Positions 1-7,646 of a stretch of DNA of 43,919 nt are shown here, one piece after another. The notes beneath the pieces were generated by a model. It was not told the origin of the DNA, searched no databases, and saw only the letters and a list, made by a program, of their open reading frames with translations. The stretch comes from Candidatus Didemnitutus sp. (lineage in GTDB: Bacteria > Verrucomicrobiota > Verrucomicrobiia > Opitutales > Opitutaceae): positions 1-43,919 of the forward strand of contig JAUXOH010000245.1 of the NCBI GenBank assembly GCA_030682505.1. The letters are read 5' to 3'. The translations under genes and the position numbers were made by a program. The first letter of the stretch is position 1. Each line of letters starts with the position of its first letter.

Positions 1-95
1 TCCCCCAAGGTCGGTTCCCCGGTGACATAGAAGACGCCGGTTGCGTCTTTCAGCACGTAAAGATAGCGGGCGTCGAGCGGGCGGGCGTCAGCCAT
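1..95 (-). CDS. Hypothetical protein, 5' part only (MADARPLDARYLYVLKDATGVFYVTGEPTLG...), runs off the window
   Basis: ATG at 95 on the minus strand, frame open to position 1, divergent from the XRE gene across paired operator-like palindromes. Confidence 0.5.
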   Translation of the reverse strand, partial: MADARPLDARYLYVLKDATGVFYVTGEPTLG

Positions 96-108
96 GGGAT
101 AAAAAGGG

Positions 109-160
109 ATATGCTAGATGAGCATATACAGCGCAAATCGAATATGCCCAATGGGCATCT
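109..160. promoter_or_regulatory. Two operator-like palindromes: ATATGCT-N5-AGCATAT (109-127) and ATATGCC-N5-GGCATCT (142-160)
   Basis: Read directly. Both have the same 7-5-7 architecture, start 33 bp apart, and lie between divergent genes, one of them an XRE HTH. Confidence 0.7.
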
Positions 161-193
161 TTAAGGCCGGGAACCGCTTTAACATGGCGGGCA

Positions 194-439
194 GTGAAGC
201 GCCCTACCAAACCCAAGAAACGCAACCTGATAGGACGAAAGGTTCAGCAGCTTCGCATGGCCGCAGTGCCCAGGATCACCCAGGAGGATCTGGCCGGCCG
301 ACTGGCTCGCCACGGGCTGCATCTAAGCCAACCGCAGATTGCCAAGGTGGAAAACGGTGTGCGCCTGATTCCCGATCTGGAAGTGCCGGCGTTTGCAAAG
401 GCCCTGAAAGTGTCTGTTGAAGTGCTGTTCGAGTCCTGA
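194..439 (+). CDS. XRE/Cro-C1 family helix-turn-helix regulator
   Basis: IGRKVQQLR...ITQEDLAGRL...SQPQIAKVENGVR...FAKALKVSVEVLF matches the HTH_3 pattern; 81 aa. Confidence 0.88.
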   Translation: MKRPTKPKKRNLIGRKVQQLRMAAVPRITQEDLAGRLARHGLHLSQPQIAKVENGVRLIPDLEVPAFAKALKVSVEVLFES

Positions 440-455
440 CGAGGTCGTCGAGGTC

Positions 456-485
456 AAAAAAAACGCCCCGGGTTTCCCCGGAGCG
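456..485 (-). terminator. Rho-independent terminator closing the long minus-strand operon
   Basis: Minus strand reads CGCTCCGGG-GAAA-CCCGGGGCG followed by T8 (A8 at 456-463 on plus). Confidence 0.85.
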
Positions 486-568
486 CTGGCCCGTGTTGGC
501 GGATAAAGGGCAAACGTGCCGGAGAATGCAACCGCGGAAATATTGAACTTTCGGGCTGCCGGATCGTC

Positions 569-1384
569 TCAGACGGAAACACGCGGGCCATTCGTTGAGG
601 GTGCTTCGTCGGCGGAAAATAACCCAAGCTGGGCCACGGTTTGAATTGGTTCCGCGGGCGGCTTGACGATTCGCGGCATCGGCCGCTGCTGCTCTGGGGC
701 CATTTTTTCGGGCACCGTCAGGTCGAAAGACAATTCAATGGCGGCCCCATGGAGAACAACCGCAGGCTCGCCTGATGGGCGCGGTGGCAGTTTCACATAG
801 GCTCGGGCTCCGAAAAGAGGCATGGGCAAATCTCCGGAATAGTCGCCTTGGACAAAGCGCTTCAAACTGGCGTGCAATTTGCGGATGTTGGCGAGCGCCT
901 TTTCGCATTGCTGCTTGGTCCACGCAAAGCGATCGGGTGCGGGCTGGAACTGCGGATCGGCATCAACCAGACAGAGCAGGCGGTGCGCCGCCTGCCAGAG
1001 CGGTGCCCGTTCGTGGTCGGGGGCGAAAAACGCATCGTTGATCGCCTTGTCCACATAGAGGGAAACGTGGATGAAATTGCCCCTCCGGTCGCGTTCCGGT
1101 TTCACCGCGCGGTGCAGATTCACCAAGAGGGCTTTCCTCTCCCGGTCTTGGTTTTCCGCCAGTGTTTCCAGATACTCCGGCCTGATGGCCAAAGGACCGG
1201 ACTGGCCCATGCCAATGCCCGACAGCGACCAAAACCCGCTTGGACTCACCGGAAAGTATCCCCTTTCTACGGCGACCAACGAGACACCAAAGCGTGAACG
1301 ATTGATTCCAACCGGGCGACCCCGCACGGAGACGATCTGCCCGGGACCCTCGGCGTTGTCTTCGGAATCGGCTGGCTTTCCCAT
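569..1384 (-). CDS. Hypothetical protein, 271 aa, with a QLGLF beta-clamp-like motif near the C-terminus
   Basis: Starts 5 nt after the yhcG-like stop and is followed by the terminator; no family recognised. Confidence 0.7.
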   Translation of the reverse strand: MGKPADSEDNAEGPGQIVSVRGRPVGINRSRFGVSLVAVERGYFPVSPSGFWSLSGIGMGQSGPLAIRPEYLETLAENQDRERKALLVNLHRAVKPERDRRGNFIHVSLYVDKAINDAFFAPDHERAPLWQAAHRLLCLVDADPQFQPAPDRFAWTKQQCEKALANIRKLHASLKRFVQGDYSGDLPMPLFGARAYVKLPPRPSGEPAVVLHGAAIELSFDLTVPEKMAPEQQRPMPRIVKPPAEPIQTVAQLGLFSADEAPSTNGPRVSV

Positions 1385-1389
1385 GCGGC

Positions 1390-2445
1390 TCAGGACGGCA
1401 CTGCCCCACTTCGCTCCGCTCCGGGCAACGCCTTGGTCAAACGCGCTCTCGCCCGCTGCACCGCGTCATGGAGCTTCTTCTCGAGTTCCTTCCTCGGCAG
1501 CACGTCGGCCAGATAGGACGCGACGCGGACCGGGCCTTCGTTGAGGCCAAGCAGCCGCACGGTCTCCTCGTTCCGGTCGGCGCACAGAATCAAGCCCACC
1601 GGGTTCTGCTCACCTTCCACCTGTTCATTTTCCCGCAGCCACGCCAGGTAGAGTTCCATCTGGCCCTTGTCCGCCGGTTTGAAGGCGCCGAGTTTCAATT
1701 CGACCGCGAACAGCCGGTGGAGCCGGCGATGATAGAAGAGCAAATCGAGGTAATGATCGACCCCATCGACGGTCATCCGCTTTTGCCGCGCAACGAAGGT
1801 GAAGCCTTCGCCCAGTTCGAGCAGGAACGCCTCGATGTCATGGAGGATGGCAGCCTCCAGGTCCTTTTCGGCGTAGCTGTCCTTCAACTGAAGAAAATCT
1901 AGCACATACGGATCACGAAAAACCAAGTCCGGCGAAAGCCGGTTCTCCTCCCGCAGCGCGACGAGTTCCGCCCTCGCGAGCGTCTCGGGTTTCTTCGACA
2001 AGGCAGAGCGCAGGAAAAGCTGCGAGTTGATCCTCTCCTGCAAGGTGCGGACGCTCCAGCGTTCGAGCCGGGCTATTCCCGCGTAGAATTCACGGGCCAG
2101 CGGATCATCCACCCGCAACAGCAGCGTGAAGTGCGACCAGCCCAACTGGGCTGACAGTGTCTGCACAATCCTGCCATCCGGGAACAGCTCGGCGAAACGC
2201 ACCATGCCCGCCAGATTACTGCGGCTGAACCCCGTCCCGAACTCCCGGGTCAATTTTCCAGACAGTGTCTGGATAATCTCGCGACCGTAGTCGGCGCGTT
2301 TCTGGTTGAGCGCCTCCCGGCGGATGCGCTCCCCGACTTGCCAGTAAGCCATAGTCAGCCCGGCGTTGACCGCGTGGGCGACCTTCTGGCGGGCCGCGAG
2401 GATGAGTTCGCGGACGTCGGCGTGAAGTGCGGGCACAGGTTTCAT
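1390..2445 (-). CDS. yhcG: YhcG/DUF1016 family PD-(D/E)XK nuclease-like protein (351 aa)
   Basis: YWQVGERI, LGWSHF, WSVRTL, FRDPYVLDFL, ELGEGFTFVARQKR, DLLFYHRRL, VELK, GQMELYL, PVGLILC. Start reset to ATG 2445 (ATGA overlap with the upstream gene). Confidence 0.92.
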   Translation of the reverse strand: MKPVPALHADVRELILAARQKVAHAVNAGLTMAYWQVGERIRREALNQKRADYGREIIQTLSGKLTREFGTGFSRSNLAGMVRFAELFPDGRIVQTLSAQLGWSHFTLLLRVDDPLAREFYAGIARLERWSVRTLQERINSQLFLRSALSKKPETLARAELVALREENRLSPDLVFRDPYVLDFLQLKDSYAEKDLEAAILHDIEAFLLELGEGFTFVARQKRMTVDGVDHYLDLLFYHRRLHRLFAVELKLGAFKPADKGQMELYLAWLRENEQVEGEQNPVGLILCADRNEETVRLLGLNEGPVRVASYLADVLPRKELEKKLHDAVQRARARLTKALPGAERSGAVPS

Positions 2446-2855
2446 GGAGCCGGACAGCCTCCCGGCCCCAAGTGCCGCAAACGGGCATCCATCGTGGGGA
2501 GGTTGGCCACCGCGCGACCGGGGCTTTCGTGGACGGGAAGACCGATGTGCCGGGCCTGATCGATCATGTCGGCGGTGCCCTCGGCCCCGGGGAAGGCGAT
2601 GACCGCTTCGGCGGCTTCTGCCAGCCGGGCGTTCGCCCGGCACGGAGCGGCATCCCCGTCCTTCTTCCAGTTGGGGCGTATCGCCTCGACCGGAATATTA
2701 CGCCGCGTGGCCCACGCCGCGGCCTGGGCATCCACGCCGCGCGCCCCGCCGGTCAGAATCGTGGTGGCGCCGAGAATGCTGATGGCATTATCCAAAAAGA
2801 CGTAGTCGGAGGCAGTCATGACGTAATTGCGTCCGCCAGTGACGACGACTCTCAC
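2442..2855 (-). CDS. SLOG-superfamily protein (DUF2493/YspA-like)
   Basis: MRVVVTGGRNY, ILTGGARGVDAQAAAWA, ANARLAE, VIAFPGAEGTADMIDQA are typical DUF2493 motifs. Confidence 0.85.
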   Translation of the reverse strand: MRVVVTGGRNYVMTASDYVFLDNAISILGATTILTGGARGVDAQAAAWATRRNIPVEAIRPNWKKDGDAAPCRANARLAEAAEAVIAFPGAEGTADMIDQARHIGLPVHESPGRAVANLPTMDARLRHLGPGGCPAP

Positions 2856-2875
2856 GGCAGGTCAGCCCACCCCGT

Positions 2876-2917
2876 GCGGACGGAGCGCCCGGTCGAAAGA
2901 CCGGTTGCCCCGTCCGC
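2876..2917. other. Intergenic compound hairpin (GCGGACGG...CCGGTC-GAAA-GACCGG...CCGTCCGC)
   Basis: Perfect 8-bp outer and 6-bp inner stems read directly; a T-rich tail follows on the plus strand. Confidence 0.6.
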
Positions 2918-2953
2918 CGTTGTTTTCTGTTCCCTCATGCGTGCGTTGCGGGG

Positions 2954-3445
2954 TCACATCGCCATTTTCGGAGGCGCACCCGCCGCGGGCTGGCTCGGCA
3001 TCGGGACGACCCGGCCAGCCTCCGTGCCAGGCGGCGTGGTGCTGGGAGCCGGGGAGGCAAACTCCCGGCGCGCCTGCCGGTCCTTCTCGCGGAGTGCCGC
3101 GCTGACAAACGCCTTGTCGCGGTAGAAGGGCTCAACCCCTTGGAGGTCGGCGTCGATGCGGGCCTTGGCTTCCGGCGCCTGGGCGTTGTAGAAGGCCCGC
3201 GCCTGCGGGAGTTGCTTGTTGACGAGCCTCATTTCGTTTTCATGACGCTGCATGTCCTTGTAGAACATGGCGTCGATGGCGCGCTCGGGATGCTCCTTCA
3301 CGAGACGGGTGTAATACGTCACGTCATCGGGATTCGCGGCCTTGTAATCGTCGATGCGCTTTTTCACCTCCGGATTGTTGCGGAACTGCAACGGCGGAAG
3401 TTTTTCAGCTTTGGTGGATTTGTCGGGTTTGGTTTCGATAGCCAT
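2954..3445 (-). CDS. Hypothetical helical protein, 163 aa
   Basis: Protein-like charged/helical composition, operon context, starts 12 nt after the upstream stop. Confidence 0.75.
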   Translation of the reverse strand: MAIETKPDKSTKAEKLPPLQFRNNPEVKKRIDDYKAANPDDVTYYTRLVKEHPERAIDAMFYKDMQRHENEMRLVNKQLPQARAFYNAQAPEAKARIDADLQGVEPFYRDKAFVSAALREKDRQARREFASPAPSTTPPGTEAGRVVPMPSQPAAGAPPKMAM

Positions 3446-3457
3446 ATGCGTATGGGA

Positions 3458-3751
3458 TTAGGCAGCCTCTTTCTGGTGTGCGGGCTGCGTCGGCACCGGG
3501 CGGGAGTCCCGCCCAAATTGTTGACCGAGGACGGGATTGAACGGCGGCTCCGGCGGTCCTTGGATCAGCCGGAGCGCGAGGTCGAATTGCGCGCAGATGT
3601 CTTCGCATTCGTGCCGGGCCAGCGCGAACGCCATGAGCGTCTTCGCTTCAAGCTTCGGGCTCGCGCCGGGAAAGCGACCGTTTAGTTTGTCAGCCGCCGC
3701 GTAGAATTCCGCAGCGACCGGTCCGGGGAGTTGGAGGGTCAATGTTATCAT
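3458..3751 (-). CDS. Small hypothetical protein, RHH-like (97 aa; MITLTLQLPG...), paralogous to 24802-25137
   Basis: Start reset to ATG 3751 (preceded by AGGA); N-terminal alternating beta-strand followed by two helices. Confidence 0.65.
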   Translation of the reverse strand: MITLTLQLPGPVAAEFYAAADKLNGRFPGASPKLEAKTLMAFALARHECEDICAQFDLALRLIQGPPEPPFNPVLGQQFGRDSRPVPTQPAHQKEAA

Positions 3752-3755
3752 GGTC

Positions 3756-4469
3756 CTATGGTTTTGGTTGTTGGGGGATGGGTGAAAAATTGGCGGCCCG
3801 AGCACCCGGAGGGTCGGGACGGCCCGGAGCGGAGTCCTGCCCGGGCGCCGGAGGCTCGGCGGAGGCAGCCGGGCGGCGGAGCGAGGGGCCGGGCCCGACC
3901 TTCCGGGTCGATGCCGCCCCTTCCGCCGCGACAACGGGGAGCGGGACGAGGTTTGGGGAGTCCCGCTCGGCGTTGTTAATCGGTGCGACGGCCAGGACGA
4001 CGCGCAGTCCAATGACAACCTGGTCCAGTTCGCGGGCTTGGGCCGCTCCCTTCGCGGTCACATCGAGCGATTCGAGGACGATCCCCGGCTGATCCATCCA
4101 CGATTTCAGGAAACGGAGATAGTCCGGCCAATCATGCAGACGCGGTGCGGAACGGGAAAGCAGCACGGATCGGCTGGCGCCATCCGGCTGCTGCCATTCG
4201 ACACGCCAGCCCGTTCCCACCTGTTCCGTGAACTTTCTCGCCGACCAGGCAACCGGCGGCAGCGCTCTGGACTGCTGACGCAGATTCGTGAGCGTGGCGT
4301 CGTCGTTTGCCGCGAGGGCGTCGCGCTCGCCGCGCAAGGCGACGAGTTCGGTGTCAACGCCGGTCGGCACGGGCCGCAGACGCGGTAGCGCCAAACCAAC
4401 CCCGGCGACAATCGCGCTCAGGCCGAGCAGAATCCATGCACCCCGCGTGATGAGAAAAGGGCGATTCAC
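3756..4469 (-). CDS. Membrane-anchored PilO/GspM-like pilus assembly protein with a low-complexity tail
   Basis: GTG 4469 overlaps the upstream TGA; N-terminal TM segment, coiled coil, then a ferredoxin-like alpha/beta segment; lies after the PilN-like gene. Family call is positional. Confidence 0.5.
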   Translation of the reverse strand: MNRPFLITRGAWILLGLSAIVAGVGLALPRLRPVPTGVDTELVALRGERDALAANDDATLTNLRQQSRALPPVAWSARKFTEQVGTGWRVEWQQPDGASRSVLLSRSAPRLHDWPDYLRFLKSWMDQPGIVLESLDVTAKGAAQARELDQVVIGLRVVLAVAPINNAERDSPNLVPLPVVAAEGAASTRKVGPGPSLRRPAASAEPPAPGQDSAPGRPDPPGARAANFSPIPQQPKP

Positions 4470-5674
4470 GGTGTGAAGACTCCGTTGACGGTGAAGGCTC
4501 CGGTGTCCCGGGGAGCCGCGGCCGGCAATACGGTCCAGCGTCTGCCACCGAGACGGTTGCGCCATTGCTCCCACGCAGCGGTGGCACCGGGCGCGACATG
4601 GCCACTCAGCGTAAAGCGGCCCTGGGCGACGCGGACTTGGTCGAGTGCGAGCTGCGGCGGCAGCGCGCCGCACACCGCATCCAGCAGTTCGCCGACCGGC
4701 GGACTCGAGCCGGGGCCAGCCAGCTTGGCCCGGAGGGAGACGATTTCGGCGGCGTTGACACGGTAGTGATCGATCTCGGCCCGCAGGGCAGATTTCTCGT
4801 GTGCGACGGCGTGCTGTCCGTCGTTCCATGTCATGAACTCATAGGCATAGGCGGCACCGCTCCATCCACCAGCGAGCAGCAGGCAGATGCTGGCGGCGAT
4901 GACCGCCCGTTGTGGGGTGACGGCGGACGCGGCGGGCAGCAATTGCGCCGGATGCGATCGCGGGAGAACGACCGACGATGACAGTGCCTCGTGCAGAGGG
5001 AGGCTCAGCGGGTCGTCCGGATCAGCGGCCTCATTCGGGAACACCAACAACGCCGGATCGTCCGGAAGCCGGGCCGTTTCCTCCTCAAGCCACGACTGGG
5101 CTTCATCGACGGCGGCTTCTCCGTGCCACCGGTGCACCATGCGACGCCCGTCCGCCGGATGATGGTAGGCGAGTGCGCAATTGTGGTTGTCCGCGAAGGC
5201 AAGAACGAGGGTCGCGCCCGTCTTGGACAACTCCTTGGGGAGTGACTGAAGGAAGGTCGCGAGCGGCCAAGCGGAAACCACGATCACTCTTCTTTGCGCC
5301 AGCCGAGCGACGAGTGAAAACAGCCCGGGCTCGGTCTCGTAGTGCAGCAGCGTGCTGTAGCCGTCGCCGACCGGCAGGATCGGTTCATGGCTCCAAGCGT
5401 GGTCAGGTGCAGCGAGAGCCGGGTGCTCGAACGCCAGCGCCCTTTGCAAGGCCGCACGAGGGCCGTGCGGACAGTCCACTGCCACGGTGACGAGCGTCTC
5501 CGGTTGGTAGATCAATCGCAACCGAACCGGATGGGGTTCGCCGGCCAGATGAGCCGTGAGAACCTCGGCCGCATGGGACAGGTTCTCGAAGGCGAGCGGT
5601 TCCACCCGCCCGGCGAGCCACCAGTGATGGCCCCACAGGAGCGCGGTGCGCTCAGATGTCGGCGAGATAGACAT
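4466..5674 (-). CDS. PilM/PilN (GspL-like) fused alignment-complex protein
   Basis: Cytoplasmic N-domain, one TM (AVIAASICLLLAGGW), coiled coil, and a PilN-like end (LLDAVCGALPPQLALDQVRVAQGRFTLSG). Confidence 0.6.
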   Translation of the reverse strand: MSISPTSERTALLWGHHWWLAGRVEPLAFENLSHAAEVLTAHLAGEPHPVRLRLIYQPETLVTVAVDCPHGPRAALQRALAFEHPALAAPDHAWSHEPILPVGDGYSTLLHYETEPGLFSLVARLAQRRVIVVSAWPLATFLQSLPKELSKTGATLVLAFADNHNCALAYHHPADGRRMVHRWHGEAAVDEAQSWLEEETARLPDDPALLVFPNEAADPDDPLSLPLHEALSSSVVLPRSHPAQLLPAASAVTPQRAVIAASICLLLAGGWSGAAYAYEFMTWNDGQHAVAHEKSALRAEIDHYRVNAAEIVSLRAKLAGPGSSPPVGELLDAVCGALPPQLALDQVRVAQGRFTLSGHVAPGATAAWEQWRNRLGGRRWTVLPAAAPRDTGAFTVNGVFTP

Positions 5675-6407
5675 ACACGTCGGTCACGCCATTGATGGGG
5701 GCGGCATATGCCACGATGCCGGTGTCGGAGGCGGCGCCTTCGACCGGGGCCAACTGGGGCGCATTCATGGAGAGCGCCAGTTCATAAGCGTCCCGCGCCG
5801 GGCAGTTCGGGATGACGAGGTAAGCCACCACGAGATTGGCGGAGAGATTGGTGGTCGTATCCCGTAACCGGAAATTGGCTCCCTGGGCGGCAGACGGTGC
5901 GAGGGCCGCATTGGAGGATCTTGCCTCGACGCGGGTGACGGCCGACCAGTTCCTCAACGGGGCTGCATCCGGGGTCATGACGAACGCCTGGACGGACTGG
6001 CTCCAGGTCATTTCATTGCCGGTGCCGGTGGAGGCGAAGAGCTGGCTACCGAGACGCAGGCTGACAGGACGTTCGAGTTTGCCGGCGGCAAGGAGCACGG
6101 CATCGAGCCGGGCGCCGTTGCCCTTGGCGGCATCGGTGGCGCCGGTGAGCGCGGCCCCGGAGCACGGGATGCCCGTGCCTTCGGTGCGGGGAATGCTGCC
6201 GTTGCCGCCCGGCATCACGATAAATTCCGTGATCGCGGTCTTGAGCGTCTCGGCAGTCTTTTGCGCCTGCTGGATGCGGGCGTTGCGCAAGGCATCAAAC
6301 CCCTTGGGCAGGAGCAAGCCGACCAGGATGCTGACGATAGCGAGGACGAGAACGAGTTCGAGCAGGGAGTAACCCTGCGTGGAATGGGTGCGTTTGGTAT
6401 GTTTCAT
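5652..6407 (-). CDS. Type IV prepilin, probable major pilin (251 aa)
   Basis: Class III signal MKHTKRTHSTQG/YSLLELVLVLAIVSILVGLLLP with E5; preceded by its own 39-nt intergenic region. Confidence 0.88.
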   Translation of the reverse strand: MKHTKRTHSTQGYSLLELVLVLAIVSILVGLLLPKGFDALRNARIQQAQKTAETLKTAITEFIVMPGGNGSIPRTEGTGIPCSGAALTGATDAAKGNGARLDAVLLAAGKLERPVSLRLGSQLFASTGTGNEMTWSQSVQAFVMTPDAAPLRNWSAVTRVEARSSNAALAPSAAQGANFRLRDTTTNLSANLVVAYLVIPNCPARDAYELALSMNAPQLAPVEGAASDTGIVAYAAPINGVTDVYVYLADI

Positions 6408-6446
6408 ATTTCGTTTGGTGGTTGTGGGCCGGACGGCCCGTGAAAA

Positions 6447-7646
6447 TCAGAGGACGCGGGCGACCTGCTCGATGGTCGTCTGGCCTGACGCCGCCCCGGC
6501 CAGTCCGTGCTGCCAGAGGGTCACGCATCCCTCGCGTTCGCGGAGGGCGGCGAGTTCGGCGAGCGGTGCATCTCGTTCGATAAGCGGAGTGAACTTGGCG
6601 GTCGGGATGACCTCATGGATGGCAATGCGCCCGCGAAAGCCCGTGCCCCGGCACGCCGGGCAACCGACCGCCCGGCAAAACGCTGCATCGGGCAAGCCGT
6701 GCTCCTCCCGCAAGCGGACGTTCGCCGGATGGGGCTCCTTGCACTCGGGACAGAGCCGGCGCACGAGCCGCTGGGCTGCGACCAGCCGGAGTGCCGCGGC
6801 GAGGAGAAAACTCTCGATGCCCAGGTCTCGCAGGCGCGGAATCGCGGCGAGGCCGTCATTGGTGTGCAGGGTCGAGAGCACCAGGTGCCCTGTGAGTGCC
6901 GCGCGGATAGCGAGCTGGGCGGTTTCGGCGTCGCGGGTTTCGCCCACCAGCATCACGTCGGGGTTTTGCCGTAGGAGAGCCCGCAGCGAAGCCGCAAAGG
7001 TGAGCCCGATCTTTTCCCTGATCTCGGTCTGGCGGATACCGGGGAACTCGTATTCCACCGGGTCTTCCAGCGTGTGAATCACCCGGCCCCGGTGATCGAG
7101 CTGGTGCAGTGCCGAATGGAGTGTCGTGGTCTTGCCGGAGCCGGTCGGGCCGGTGAGGTAGATGAGTCCCGCCGGGCCGGTGAGGGCCGCCTTCATGGCC
7201 TCGGCCTGCGGCAGCCCAAGGCCCAGCTCGGCAAACGACTGCCCGGGCATAGTCTGGTCCAGCAGTCGGATGACGAGGCTTTCGCCATACACCGTGGGCA
7301 CGGTGCTCAGGCGCAAATTGAACCGGCGGTTGTTCTCCTTCAGCATTGCCCGGCCGTCCTGGGGCAGCCGCTTTTCGGTGATGTCCAGCCCGCCGAAAAT
7401 CTTTCCGCGAGCGAGCAGCGCGTCGCGGTGGGCCAGGGCCACCCGCGCATGGTCGCGCATCTCGCCATCGATGCGGAAACGGACGAGCAGACCGTCCTCC
7501 TTGGGTTCGCAATGGATGTCGCTCGCTCCCTCCGCCGCGGCGGCCCGGAGAATCGCGTCGAAGGTGCGCGTGGCATCGGAACCCGGCTCGATGGCACGGG
7601 CCGGTGCCGGCGGGCGCGGACGGAAGGATTGGAGCAATTCGCGCAT
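6447..7646 (-). CDS. gspE: PilB/GspE/MshE-family assembly ATPase (399 aa, lacks the N1 domain)
   Basis: ASDIHCEP, RLPQDGR, GPTGSGKTTTL, TLEDPVEY, LRQNPDVMLVGETRD, TGHLVLSTLHTN, CPEC...CPAC. Start reset to 7646 (TGATG overlap). Confidence 0.93.
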   Translation of the reverse strand: MRELLQSFRPRPPAPARAIEPGSDATRTFDAILRAAAAEGASDIHCEPKEDGLLVRFRIDGEMRDHARVALAHRDALLARGKIFGGLDITEKRLPQDGRAMLKENNRRFNLRLSTVPTVYGESLVIRLLDQTMPGQSFAELGLGLPQAEAMKAALTGPAGLIYLTGPTGSGKTTTLHSALHQLDHRGRVIHTLEDPVEYEFPGIRQTEIREKIGLTFAASLRALLRQNPDVMLVGETRDAETAQLAIRAALTGHLVLSTLHTNDGLAAIPRLRDLGIESFLLAAALRLVAAQRLVRRLCPECKEPHPANVRLREEHGLPDAAFCRAVGCPACRGTGFRGRIAIHEVIPTAKFTPLIERDAPLAELAALREREGCVTLWQHGLAGAASGQTTIEQVARVL

